NCBI GenBank assembly: GCA_002721995.1
Contig: PBMF01000015.1
Location: 7,141-65,374, forward strand
Origin: Chloroflexota bacterium
GTDB lineage: Bacteria; Chloroflexota; Dehalococcoidia; Lucifugimonadales; UBA3495
Direction: 5' to 3'
DNA: 58,234 bases
Of the stretch, positions 10,649 through 20,159 are shown piece by piece. Within the stretch, counting starts at the first letter, position 1, and every line of letters begins with the position of its first letter. Position numbers and translations under genes: made by a program. The notes beneath the pieces are model-generated. The model saw only the letters and a list, made by a program, of their open reading frames with translations, did not search any database and was not told the origin of the DNA.

Positions 10649-11200
10649 CTAGAGTTGTTCGATCAGCCTGGCCACGCTGGGCCGGTCGTGGGGCGCCTCC
10701 CCCCGGTGCTCAAAGACCACCGTACCGAACTCCCCCAGGATGAAATCCCCGCCCAACTGCTTCCAGTCGCTGGCCGCATGGTGGTAGCGCCGTCCCCTGA
10801 AGAGGAGTTTCAGGTAGGTCCAGACCGTCCGAGGGGAAAATATCTTAAGCCAGCTGCCCTCCACCAGCCCGTAGGCCGCGTAAGCCGTCCGTTCGGGGTC
10901 TGACAACACCGGAAAGGGCAGCCGTAGCTGCCGGGTCAACTGGAACAGACGTTCCTGGGGCTCAAAGGAGACGGCCACCACCGTGGCCCCCTTGGTCTGG
11001 ATATCTCCGTACTGCTGCCGCAACTGCGACAGATGCTCCCTTCAAGGCACTCAAGCGAAATGCCTGAGAAAGACCAACAATGTCTTGTTGCCCTTTAAGG
11101 ACTGGAGGGAACAGGGCTCGCCTTCGGGATTGGGCAGGGTGAAGTCGGGGGCGATGCGTCCGATGAGAGAGAACTGGGCGTCCGCTTGGCAGCCACTCAT
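10649..11200 (-). CDS. SelL-like / AhpC-TSA (peroxiredoxin-like) selenoprotein with UxxU motif, 183 aa
   Basis: Frame continues upstream of the tracked 124-aa ORF: MSGCQ...IAPDFTLPNPEGEPCSLQSLKGNKTLLVFLRHFA-TGA-VP-TGA-REHLSQL; TGAs at 11051-11053 and 11042-11044 fill both CxxC positions; SDPER..Y..YGL and QLGGDF family motifs downstream. Confidence 0.88.
11015..11032 (-). promoter_or_regulatory. Candidate bacterial SECIS hairpin
   Basis: CTGTCGC-AGTT-GCGGCAG; loop begins 16 nt after the second UGA and 25 nt after the first, and contains GU. Confidence 0.55.
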
Positions 11201-11264
11201 ATTTGGTTCATAAAAAGCTTGGTTTTTCCATGTGGCCGGGTTGTTTAGCCTGATTGTTTGTCGG

Positions 11265-12275
11265 CTATCCCATGTACGGGACGATGCGGTCTCCGATGAG
11301 GTCGATGGTCTTCATGATCTGGGCGTGGGAAGGGCCTCCGGAGTGGGCGTGGCGCAGCCGTAGTAGACAGCTCTCGGCCCCGGTGCCCTCGGCCCAACGC
11401 TGGAATTCCGTCAGACATTCTTCGGGGTCGCCCATTATCAGCCGGTCCTTGGCCACCCGTTCCAGGGTCAGTTCCGACTCGTCCTTGATGGACTGGAACT
11501 CCCGGAGCCCGTTCTTCCAGTAGTAGCGGTAGGCCTCCATGACCTCGGGGCCGTAGACGTCCTCGGCTTCCTTGCGGGAGCTGGCGACCCAGGCGTCGCG
11601 CATGATGATGGGAGTTGGCTGCTTGCCGGCGGCCTCCGCGGCATCTTTGTAATGGCCGATGAGCCGGCTGGTATGTTCCAGCGTGGTGCTGGGCGTGGTG
11701 ACGATGGCGTCGCCGATGGTCCCGGCGCGGCGGCCGCTCACAGGGGCGCTGGCCCCGATCCAGATTGGCGGATGGGGGTTTTGGATGGGGTCGGGCATGA
11801 CCCGCATATCGTCGATCTGGTGGTGCTTGCCGTCGAAGGAAAATGACTCTCGGGACCAACTGCGGCGGATGATCTCCACCTTCTCCTCGAACAGCTCCAC
11901 CCGGTCGTCCATCTCCACGCCAAAGGTGCGGAAGTCGGCCGGCTGGTAGCCCAGGCCCACCCCCAGCGTCACCCGGCCCTTGGAGACCACATCCAGGGTC
12001 ACCACGTCCTCGGCCAGCCGCACCGGGTGGTGCAGGGGCAGGAGAATGACTGAAGTGCCCACTCTGAGGGTGGTGGTTGCCGCCGCCACGGCGGTACAGA
12101 CGATGAGCGGCGAGGGCAGGAACCCGTCCTTGTCCTGGTGGTGCTCGCCGAAGAAGCAGGAATCGAAGCCCGCCTGCTCGGCCAGTTTGGCCTCTTCAAT
12201 GACCTCGTCCACGCAACGGGGAAGGTCTTCCCCCCTGGGCGGGTTGGCGATGGAGCTGTAGAGTCCGAACTTCAT
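11265..12275 (-). CDS. LLM-class flavin/F420-dependent oxidoreductase
   Basis: AEQAGFDSCFFGEHH, LPLHHPVRLAEDVVTLD, GRVTLGVGLGY, PHPPIWIG. Confidence 0.92.
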   Translation of the reverse strand: MKFGLYSSIANPPRGEDLPRCVDEVIEEAKLAEQAGFDSCFFGEHHQDKDGFLPSPLIVCTAVAAATTTLRVGTSVILLPLHHPVRLAEDVVTLDVVSKGRVTLGVGLGYQPADFRTFGVEMDDRVELFEEKVEIIRRSWSRESFSFDGKHHQIDDMRVMPDPIQNPHPPIWIGASAPVSGRRAGTIGDAIVTTPSTTLEHTSRLIGHYKDAAEAAGKQPTPIIMRDAWVASSRKEAEDVYGPEVMEAYRYYWKNGLREFQSIKDESELTLERVAKDRLIMGDPEECLTEFQRWAEGTGAESCLLRLRHAHSGGPSHAQIMKTIDLIGDRIVPYMG

Positions 12276-12408
12276 GGGGTCACCACCTAACTGTGCTAGG
12301 GAGTGCCGCCCTTCTCAGCGGAGAGCGGCACAGGGCATTTAACCATACTATCGCCCGTGCTGCCTGTTCGGGAGTCCCGAAGATATACAGGCGAATATCA
12401 TTAATTCT

Positions 12409-12437
12409 TTGAACCACTGTATTTATTTATGTATACT
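12409..12437 (+). promoter_or_regulatory. Sigma70-like promoter for the PKD-domain gene
   Basis: TTGAAC-17 nt-TATACT in an AT-rich patch. Confidence 0.55.
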
Positions 12438-12574
12438 GTCCACCGCCGCGCTGACGAGCGTGGCCTTTATAGGAACTTCACTTCGGCCTCCAGGCAGGCA
12501 GTCCACCGGCAAGGATTCTCCCCGGTATCGGTTTGCTTTGGGCCGTAACTTCAGAGAGAAAAATGCTGTAACGG

Positions 12575-15109
12575 TTGCCCTTAAAGGCACTGGTTTTGTT
12601 GGGCCTCATCGCCGCCGTGGTCTTCCCCATTGGTGCGGCAGCAGAAACGCCGGTCTTCACCAGCGATCCGCAACTAGATGCTCTGTCCGATGAGTTCTAC
12701 GAGTACACAGTCACCACAGAGCCCGTGGGTCACGTAAGGCTCGACCAACGGTTTGCCAATTGGGAATCCTGGTCCCTCCCTGAGCCCCAGGAATTTGGCC
12801 AATCGTTCACAGCCGGAGTGTCGGGGAACCTCCAAAAGATCTTGGTCCACTTTTACCGAGTCTTGGACCCGGAAACCGGGACCCTTGCTCTCGGCACCAC
12901 GGCGAAGCTACGGGTCTACGAAGGGGGCATCGTCCAGGGCGAGACAGTGGGCCAACCCGAGGGGCAGCAGATACATTACCAGGAGTTTGTCCACGATGAT
13001 CAGTGGCAACAGATCGTGCTGGACGGGGTGGTGCCGGTAACCGCCGGCCAGGAGTACACCTTCACCGTCGAAACGGTGGGCAGATCGTGGGCCGGGGCAA
13101 ATTCTCTGGACCCCTATTCCGGTGGCCGCAGCATACTCGACCCGGAGATGGACCATCTGGTCAGGACGTATGTCCAGGTCCCGGAGTACCCGGTCCTCAG
13201 TGTTGACCCGATGCTCGTGCCCGAAGCGGTGGACCAGTCGCAGCAGGAAAGCACCACACAGAGCTCAACCAGCAACAGGCATTTCGGTCAATCGTTCACC
13301 ACAGGCAACACCGGGGACCTAACCGCAGTCAGTTTCCACATCGACAGAGTATATGACCCGTCCACAGGTACATGGGTCACCGACAGCGACGCTGTGCTGC
13401 AGATATTCGAGAACGGTATCGACGGGATCACTCCCATCGGTCCCCGCGCTGTTTCCCAGGAAATCACCCTGGTGGGAGGGGCACAGACTGTCGCGCTGGA
13501 CGCACCCCTTCCAGTCACGGCGGGAAAGGTCTACACATTCCGGGTCCTGACCATTGGAACGACCGTGAACCCCATAACAACGTACGATGCCTACAGCGGC
13601 GGCCGTGCGTTGATTTATGACGGGTACGATCTGGTGTTTGAGACCTACGTCGCACCACTGAGCGGGCAGATTCCAGACTGGGCCACTTTCGTAGACAACG
13701 GTGACGGGACCGGTACTCTAAGCGGACTGCCGGGCCGGGATGGAATAGGGAGTTCCGAAGTGAGTATCCGGGCCACTCACCGGGGAGACACGGCTGTCCA
13801 GAGGTTCTGGATGACTGCCCTCGATGGGAACGAACCCCCAGTCGCCAATTACGTAGCCGGTATCTGGTGGGAAGGCCGCGAGAGGAATTTCGACGGTTCC
13901 GATTCGTATGATCCCGATGGTGAAATCGTCTCCTACGAATGGGACTTTGGCGACGGCACCGTTGTCAGCGGCGCCTCGGTCGATCACACCTATCAGGATG
14001 ACGGGGTATTCTTCCTAGAGCTGACGGTTACTGACGATATGGGGGCCACCGATACCCTTTCCCACGTCTATCACGTTTTCAATTTGCCGCCCGAGACCAC
14101 CGTGGTAGTCGATGAACCTGTCTATGAAGCCACTCGGTTCTACATCTATGCCACCGATTCCTGGGATGAAGGACCGGTGGACAATGCCAGCCGGTTTATT
14201 TATCAATACGACTGCGCCGATGGCAGAGGGTTCGGCGGCCGCACCTACTACACTGACTGGCGTTGCACGCTGGGCGACAGCGGCCCGGTGTTGGCAACCG
14301 TCAGAATCTTTGACAAAGACGACGGCTACCGCGACTATCACAAATACTTCCACGTGTTGAATCTTCCCCCGTGGGGTTATTTCGCCGTCGAACGCACGGT
14401 GGCCGAGGGACAGTCCTTCCCGCTATCTATTTTGAATGCCCGCGACGCGTCCCAGGCTGACATCGAGGCCGGGTTAGGATACGCCTTCGATTGCGGCGAC
14501 GGGCTCTCTGAATTCAGTACGTCTTCCAGTGTGGTCTGCCCTGGCAGGGATGCTGGAGTTGTATGGGTCACCGGTGTGGTCCGGGACAAGGATGGCGGCG
14601 AGAGAGCATACAACGCATCGGTGACCGTCCTGGCGCCGGCCGAGGTGGTGGCGGAGACCTCGGATGACTTGGCCGCCTTGGCTGAAAGCCCGTCCCTGGA
14701 GCCCGAGGCTGCCGAGGCCATCGAGTCCGCCGTGGTTGAACTGACCGGCAACACCGGCGGGAAGGGCGGCGCCAGCAACGGGGCCACGACGCTTCTGGAA
14801 AAGGACAACAACACCTCTGCCGTGACCAAGATCGGCAAGGCGGTGGCGAACCTTCTGGACGCCCAGGCCGCCGACCCAAGCTCGGACCTGACGGCGGAGA
14901 TCAACGCCTTGGTGTCCATGGTCAAAGCCGTTGCCCAGACTGAGATTGAAGAGGCCCAAGAGGCCGCTTCGTCCCCCGGTGACCAAAAGCGCATCGATGC
15001 CGCCCTCCAGTCGGTGGCTGAAGGCGACACACTGTTGGCCGCCGCCGACTATCTGGGCGCCTTTGATGCCTATCTGGCAGCCGTTCAGGCCGCTTCCAGC
15101 GTTCACTGA
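12575..15109 (+). CDS. Secreted PKD/Ig-like domain protein with a tandem duplicated beta-domain
   Basis: Signal peptide (..VVFPIGAAA/E), two FGQSFT.G..YSGGR repeats, DNGDGTGTLSG Ig-like segment, PKD motif FDGSDSYDPDGEIVSYEWDFGDG, two degenerate PKD-like units, Ala-rich helical tail. Confidence 0.85.
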   Translation: MPLKALVLLGLIAAVVFPIGAAAETPVFTSDPQLDALSDEFYEYTVTTEPVGHVRLDQRFANWESWSLPEPQEFGQSFTAGVSGNLQKILVHFYRVLDPETGTLALGTTAKLRVYEGGIVQGETVGQPEGQQIHYQEFVHDDQWQQIVLDGVVPVTAGQEYTFTVETVGRSWAGANSLDPYSGGRSILDPEMDHLVRTYVQVPEYPVLSVDPMLVPEAVDQSQQESTTQSSTSNRHFGQSFTTGNTGDLTAVSFHIDRVYDPSTGTWVTDSDAVLQIFENGIDGITPIGPRAVSQEITLVGGAQTVALDAPLPVTAGKVYTFRVLTIGTTVNPITTYDAYSGGRALIYDGYDLVFETYVAPLSGQIPDWATFVDNGDGTGTLSGLPGRDGIGSSEVSIRATHRGDTAVQRFWMTALDGNEPPVANYVAGIWWEGRERNFDGSDSYDPDGEIVSYEWDFGDGTVVSGASVDHTYQDDGVFFLELTVTDDMGATDTLSHVYHVFNLPPETTVVVDEPVYEATRFYIYATDSWDEGPVDNASRFIYQYDCADGRGFGGRTYYTDWRCTLGDSGPVLATVRIFDKDDGYRDYHKYFHVLNLPPWGYFAVERTVAEGQSFPLSILNARDASQADIEAGLGYAFDCGDGLSEFSTSSSVVCPGRDAGVVWVTGVVRDKDGGERAYNASVTVLAPAEVVAETSDDLAALAESPSLEPEAAEAIESAVVELTGNTGGKGGASNGATTLLEKDNNTSAVTKIGKAVANLLDAQAADPSSDLTAEINALVSMVKAVAQTEIEEAQEAASSPGDQKRIDAALQSVAEGDTLLAAADYLGAFDAYLAAVQAASSVH

Positions 15110-15136
15110 CCAGGTCTCCTTCCACCCAAAAACAAT

Positions 15137-15172
15137 CAAGGCCCCTGCCACCTAGGCAGGGGCCTTGTGCTT
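15137..15172 (+). terminator. Terminator-like hairpin
   Basis: CAAGGCCCCTGCC-ACCTA-GGCAGGGGCCTTG, weak T tail. Confidence 0.6.
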
Positions 15173-15226
15173 CCGCTAACATGCAGTTGAACCCAGGCCA
15201 GTGCCCATCAGGAGAACCGCCGCAAC

Positions 15227-16039
15227 ATGCCAGAACTTCCCGAGGTTGAGAACACCCGCCGCAACCTGGTGCGGTTTGGGTTGCCCGGCTGCACCATCAC
15301 CGGGGCCGACATAACCTGGGCCAACACGGTGAAGAAGCCGTCGGCTGCGGAACTGACTGAGGGCGTTAAGGGCCGGACCATCCAGGAGGCCCGTCGCAAG
15401 GGCAAGTTCCTGATGTTCCCCCTATCAGGCGCGGGGCCCGAGACCTTCATCGTGCATCTGGGCATGACGGGACGCCTGCTGGTGCAGCCCGCCTCCCAAG
15501 AGCCCGACCCCATGACCCGGCACACCTTCCCCCTGGACGACGGCCGGGAACTGCGCTTCGTGGACGGCCGGAAGTTCGGCAAGCTATGGTTGGTGGACTC
15601 CCCCGACGAGGCCCTGCCCAAGATGAGCCCGGAACCCCTGGACGACGAGTTCACCGTTGAGACCCTGGCCGAGTCCTTCGCTGGCAAGAAGGCGCCGGTG
15701 AAGGCGCTTTTGTTGGAGCAGTCGGTGGCCTGTGGGCTGGGGAACCTGTACGCCGACGAGTCGCTGTACCTGGCCGGCATCCACCCGGAGCGGCCGGCGG
15801 CGGGGCTTTCCACCGACGAAGTGGCCCGGCTGCTGCAGGGGATCACCGACGCGCTGAACGCGGCCTACGGGGTCTACGACCGGGCCCGGGACCAGCATTG
15901 GCCCGACCCTCCCACGGCCCTTACCACCTGGAGCCACCCCCGGGACGTCAACTCCCCCTGCCCCAACTGCGGCACCAACATGTCGGCCATCCGCGTCCGC
16001 GCCCGCGGCACCTACTTCTGCGGGAAGTGCCAGGTGTAG
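15227..16039 (+). CDS. mutM: Formamidopyrimidine-DNA glycosylase
   Basis: N-terminal MPELPEVE, RRKGKFL, HLGMTG, GLGNLYADE, zinc finger CPNC..RGTYFCGKCQ. Confidence 0.95.
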   Translation: MPELPEVENTRRNLVRFGLPGCTITGADITWANTVKKPSAAELTEGVKGRTIQEARRKGKFLMFPLSGAGPETFIVHLGMTGRLLVQPASQEPDPMTRHTFPLDDGRELRFVDGRKFGKLWLVDSPDEALPKMSPEPLDDEFTVETLAESFAGKKAPVKALLLEQSVACGLGNLYADESLYLAGIHPERPAAGLSTDEVARLLQGITDALNAAYGVYDRARDQHWPDPPTALTTWSHPRDVNSPCPNCGTNMSAIRVRARGTYFCGKCQV

Positions 16040-16067
16040 GGGAACCTAGAAATAGATAGCGCGAGGA

Positions 16068-16646
16068 TTAATCCGGCTCCAATTGTAGTGGTCTACTGGT
16101 CTCGTTTTTGGCGGGTTGGGTCTTCCACCAGACGGCCGCAAACATCGCAATTGGAGCATCGGTCAATGCGAGGATCATTGGCCATCCAAGCCCCAATGGT
16201 AGAAATTGGTCGAGTATCCGCAGAATCTCTCCCTCGTCTCCAAGACGAGAAACATTAGGACGGTTGCTTGTAACTAAATAGGCGAACATCGTGATCAAGA
16301 TGAAGGTCGCCCTAGGTAGCAAGGAGGAAATGAGGACGGCCTTGGCAAGCAATCTCTGTGTTCGGTTTTTCAGGCTGGATCTAATCAGCAAAATCCCGGC
16401 TACGCAGCCGGGCAACACTTGAAAAAACAAACCAAACAGGAGTCCGACAACTTGCTTAAAGTTGGTTAGTGCTTCCTCGTCTGGCGTTACTTTGAGCCAG
16501 CCAATCTCGGAATCGACACCGACCAGCGTATACCCTAACCAGTGCCCGGATTCATGTATAAACTGCCATATTCCGAAAGTAAGCAGGGCAACTAATAGAA
16601 TTTTGCCGAGAAGGGTCCAAAAGCTAGTTCCCTGCCAGACACCCAC
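16068..16646 (-). CDS. Membrane protein with HExxH, possible M50-like metallopeptidase
   Basis: FIHESGH after a hydrophobic helix, several TM segments, visibly lower GC than neighbours. Confidence 0.55.
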   Translation of the reverse strand: MGVWQGTSFWTLLGKILLVALLTFGIWQFIHESGHWLGYTLVGVDSEIGWLKVTPDEEALTNFKQVVGLLFGLFFQVLPGCVAGILLIRSSLKNRTQRLLAKAVLISSLLPRATFILITMFAYLVTSNRPNVSRLGDEGEILRILDQFLPLGLGWPMILALTDAPIAMFAAVWWKTQPAKNETSRPLQLEPD

Positions 16647-17066
16647 CTACACCGCAGTCCCGTACACGCGGTCTGGGACCACTATGACGGCGGAGCGGCG
16701 GTCGGCGACCATGGCCTGGTCGTACTCCTCCCAGTTGGGGTGTTCGCCCTTGGTGGCGGCCCGGTAAACGTCCCGCAGGGCCAGGCGCAGTTCGTCGGCA
16801 TCGGTCTCGCCGGGCGAGAGGATGGTGGCCTCGCCCTCCAGCACCACGTAGCCCCACCAGTCGCGCTGGGAGACCATCAGTGAGCAGCGGGAGTCTCGCT
16901 TCAGGTTCAGCAGCTTGGCCCGGTCGGCGGTGGTGGTGAAGGCCACGCCGTCGCCGTAGGCCCCGCAGGTCACGACGCTCATCTGGGGCATGCCGTTCCG
17001 CCGGAAGCAGCTCAACACACCCTGGTGGTTCTCGGTGGTGAATGCCCGCACATTATCAGACAGCAT
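16647..17066 (-). CDS. PPOX-class F420-dependent oxidoreductase
   Basis: Start MLSDNV at 17066; RRNGMPQMSVV, RAKLLNLKRDSR, YVVLEGEA, HPNWEEYDQAMVADRR. Confidence 0.88.
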   Translation of the reverse strand: MLSDNVRAFTTENHQGVLSCFRRNGMPQMSVVTCGAYGDGVAFTTTADRAKLLNLKRDSRCSLMVSQRDWWGYVVLEGEATILSPGETDADELRLALRDVYRAATKGEHPNWEEYDQAMVADRRSAVIVVPDRVYGTAV

Positions 17067-17556
17067 CGTCTCTCTCCGGGTCCAGCTCGAATTCGATCTC
17101 GTACATGTCGTAGTGGGTCTCCTGCATGCGCAGGCCTTTATAGACCCCCTGGGCGATCTCGTTATCCTTGTCCACGTAGAGCCGCAGGCCGCAGACGTTG
17201 CCCTGGCGGCGGGCCTCCACCGCCGTGTATATATGGAGGGACTTGTAGACCCCCATGCGGCGGTAGTCCGGGGCCACGTAGACGCTCTGAATCCACCAGA
17301 AGAAGGCGTTCCGCCAGTCGCTCCACTCATAGGTTATGAGCAGCTGGCCAACCTGTCGGCCCATATGCTCGGCCACCAGATAGAAACCCAGGTCATTGCG
17401 GGTGAGCACGGCCTCGACGCCGGGCCGCAGGTCCCGTTCCCGCAGTTCCTTGTCCTCGGTTTCCTTGGCCATGGCCGCGTTGAAGGCGACGATGGTATCC
17501 AGATGGGCCAAAGACGCCCGCCGGACCTGTATCTCATTTCCCGGGAAAGAAGTCAC
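17056..17556 (-). CDS. GNAT family N-acetyltransferase
   Basis: TYEWSDWRNAFFWWIQSVYVAPDYRRMGVY, LRLYVDKDNEIAQGVY. Confidence 0.9.
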   Translation of the reverse strand: MTSFPGNEIQVRRASLAHLDTIVAFNAAMAKETEDKELRERDLRPGVEAVLTRNDLGFYLVAEHMGRQVGQLLITYEWSDWRNAFFWWIQSVYVAPDYRRMGVYKSLHIYTAVEARRQGNVCGLRLYVDKDNEIAQGVYKGLRMQETHYDMYEIEFELDPERDDAV

Positions 17557-17573
17557 ATCAACTCCAGGGGTCT

Positions 17574-20159
17574 CTACCGCAATACGAAGCTCGAGCCGTT
17601 TTCGTCCTTCTGTACTTCGATGCTAACAGGAAAGGCCTCTTTCAGGTCGTCCAGGTGAGTGATGACCACCACCTTTTCGAAGTCGTTGCCGATGGCGCTG
17701 ATCACGTCCAGGATACGTTCCCGTCCCACGGCGTCCTGGGTGCCGAACCCCTCGTCGATGAACAGTGTTGGCAGGGGCGCGCCCAGCCGCTGGGCTAGGA
17801 CCCGCGATAGGGCGATGCGTAGGGCCAGGTTGACGCGGAAGGCCTCGCCGCCGCTGAACATCTCGTAGCTCCGGGAGCCCAGTTCGTCGGAGACCAGTAT
17901 CTCCAGGGTCTCCCTGGGTTCTCCCTGGCCTGAAGCCCGCTCCCTCTGGGTTTCCAGTTTCACGTTCATGCGGTTGTCGGTCATGCGGCCCAGGAGGGCG
18001 TTGGTCTCGTCCTCCAGCCGGGGCACCACTGTCTCGATGAGCATGGCCTGCACCCCCTGGCGGCCGAAGGCGGTGGACAGTTCCTGGTAGATGGACTGTT
18101 CTTCCTGGAGGGCGCTGAGGCGGGCGGACTCGGACTTCATCTCCAAGCCCAGGGATTCCTTGCGCTCCAACTGGTTTCGCAGGGCGCCCTGCCGCTCGAT
18201 GGACTGTTGTATCCTGACGCCCAGTTCCCGTTCCCGCTGCTCCGCTTGGGTGAACTCGCTCTCCAGCGCGGCCAGTCCCGCCAGCGCCTCCTTGGCCTGG
18301 GCGGCCTGGGTCTCCAGTTGTTCCAGCTCTTCCTTGCGGCTTTGGGCCATGGCCAGGTTCTGTTCCGCCGTTTCCCTGGTTGTGGGCAGGCCCTCTTCCG
18401 CCTGATTCAGCGATTGCTCCTGCTGGGCAAATACCTCCAGTCCCTGGGTCTCTCGGAATATCCGCTGGCGAGCTTCGGGGTCGTAGTCCAACTCCTGTAT
18501 CTGTGCCTCCAGTTTCTGGAGTTGGACCGATTCTTCGGCAGCGAAGGAGCCGTCGGCCAGGGACGCCTGCATGGCATCAAGCCTGGGTGTGACCTCGGCC
18601 AATTCGGCTCTGGCCTGCTGGGACTCCTGGACCTGTTGCTCAAGCTGCTGGAGGCGTACCTGGCGTTGGTTCTTGGCCTGGGTCAGGGTTTTCTCCTGTT
18701 GGGGTAGGCGCCCGTCCAGTTCGGCGGCCTCGGCTTTCAGGGTATTCACCTGGGCCGAGGTGGTCCGGTATTCCTGGCGCTTGGCCTCGATGTCGGCGTC
18801 GTAGGTCTCGGCCAGCCGTTGGCAGCCGTCCTCGCTCAGGGGAGTCTGGCACAGGGGACACACCGCCTCGTCGCCGTTGGCTCCGTTCAGGAGTTCCCTC
18901 CTGGCCGTCAGGTCCTTGCCCTCTTGGGCGAACCGCTGCAGTGAGGCCTCAAGTTGCCCGACCTGGACCGCCAGGCCATTGGAGCGTTCCCTCTCCGAGG
19001 CCAGTTCCAGTTCCTGCTTCTCCAGGTCCGGGGCCTGGGACTGCAATTGCGCCTGCTCCGCCAAGAGCTGCTCCAATCCGGCTGCTTTGGGGGCCAGGCG
19101 GGTGTCCAAGTCGCTGGTCAACTGCTGGACCTGGGACTCCAGCAGGGTCCGCTTTTGGGATACGGCGTTGGCCAGGTCCCGCCGCTGGTTTTCCAGTGAG
19201 TCGTAGCTGCGTCCGGCCTCCTCCAGCCGGGCGAAGGCGGTCCGGGCCTGGGCCAGTTGGGCGGCGCCCTGGCGGATGGCCGGGGCCTGCTCCACCAGTT
19301 TTTCGAAGGCAGTGACCTGTTGCTGGGCGGTCCGGTAAGCCGCCTGGAACTGCTCGTGCTCCCTGGCCAGGGCGGCCAGGCGCTGGGCCGTTTCTTCCTG
19401 ACCGGCCTGCTGCCGCCGCAATTCGCCCACCTGATCCCGTAGTCCCGTGGTCTTGGCCTGCTGCTGGGCTAGGTCCTGGTTCAGGGCAGCCAGGCTTGTC
19501 TCCAGTTCTTCCAGCTCAGAGGCAGGTGTTTCCAGTTGCTCCAGCTCCCGGCGCAGGCGGTCCACGTTGCCCTCGGCTATCTTGGATGTGTTCTCGGCCC
19601 AGGAGTTGCCCTCCCTGGCGCGCACCTGCAGCCTGTCGTAGGCCTCCAGGCCCAGTATCTTGCTGAGGACGGCCTTGCGCTCGGCCGGGGTCTTGTTGGT
19701 GAACTCGTCGGCCCGGCCCTGGACCAGGAAGGCCGAATTTATAAAGGTGTCGTAGTCCATACCTACGGTCTGGTCGATGCGGGCTTGGGTCTCGCGGATC
19801 ATGTCGCCGGTGATAGGCCGGGTGGTGTCGCCCTCGATGACCATGAGCTGCAGGTCTGAGGCGCCGCCCCGCCGTCTCCTGCCGCCCCGGGCGTGGCTGC
19901 GGATGATGCGGTACTCCTGGTCCCGGGAGGAGAAATCCAGCTCAACACGGCACTCGTCGGCGCCGTAGGAGATCATCTCGTCTTGGACCCGGCCCCGGGC
20001 CTTGCCCCAGAGCGCCCAGGTGATGCTGTCCAGGAGGGCCGATTTGCCGTGGCCGTTGTTGCCGCAGAGGCAGGCGACGTGGATACCGGCGAAGTCCAAC
20101 GTGGGGACGTTCTCCCGGTAGCACAAAAAGTTACTGATGGTAAGCCTGAGGGGTATCAT
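17574..20159 (-). CDS. sbcC: SbcC/Rad50-family SMC-like ATPase
   Basis: Walker A GNNGHGKS, coiled coils, CPLC zinc hook, FSGGE signature, LFIDEGFG, VITH. Confidence 0.93.
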   Translation of the reverse strand: MIPLRLTISNFLCYRENVPTLDFAGIHVACLCGNNGHGKSALLDSITWALWGKARGRVQDEMISYGADECRVELDFSSRDQEYRIIRSHARGGRRRRGGASDLQLMVIEGDTTRPITGDMIRETQARIDQTVGMDYDTFINSAFLVQGRADEFTNKTPAERKAVLSKILGLEAYDRLQVRAREGNSWAENTSKIAEGNVDRLRRELEQLETPASELEELETSLAALNQDLAQQQAKTTGLRDQVGELRRQQAGQEETAQRLAALAREHEQFQAAYRTAQQQVTAFEKLVEQAPAIRQGAAQLAQARTAFARLEEAGRSYDSLENQRRDLANAVSQKRTLLESQVQQLTSDLDTRLAPKAAGLEQLLAEQAQLQSQAPDLEKQELELASERERSNGLAVQVGQLEASLQRFAQEGKDLTARRELLNGANGDEAVCPLCQTPLSEDGCQRLAETYDADIEAKRQEYRTTSAQVNTLKAEAAELDGRLPQQEKTLTQAKNQRQVRLQQLEQQVQESQQARAELAEVTPRLDAMQASLADGSFAAEESVQLQKLEAQIQELDYDPEARQRIFRETQGLEVFAQQEQSLNQAEEGLPTTRETAEQNLAMAQSRKEELEQLETQAAQAKEALAGLAALESEFTQAEQRERELGVRIQQSIERQGALRNQLERKESLGLEMKSESARLSALQEEQSIYQELSTAFGRQGVQAMLIETVVPRLEDETNALLGRMTDNRMNVKLETQRERASGQGEPRETLEILVSDELGSRSYEMFSGGEAFRVNLALRIALSRVLAQRLGAPLPTLFIDEGFGTQDAVGRERILDVISAIGNDFEKVVVITHLDDLKEAFPVSIEVQKDENGSSFVLR

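Noticed and set aside
12451-12480. Hammerhead ribozyme suggested by CTGACGAG
   Set aside because: No GAAA core with matching stems downstream
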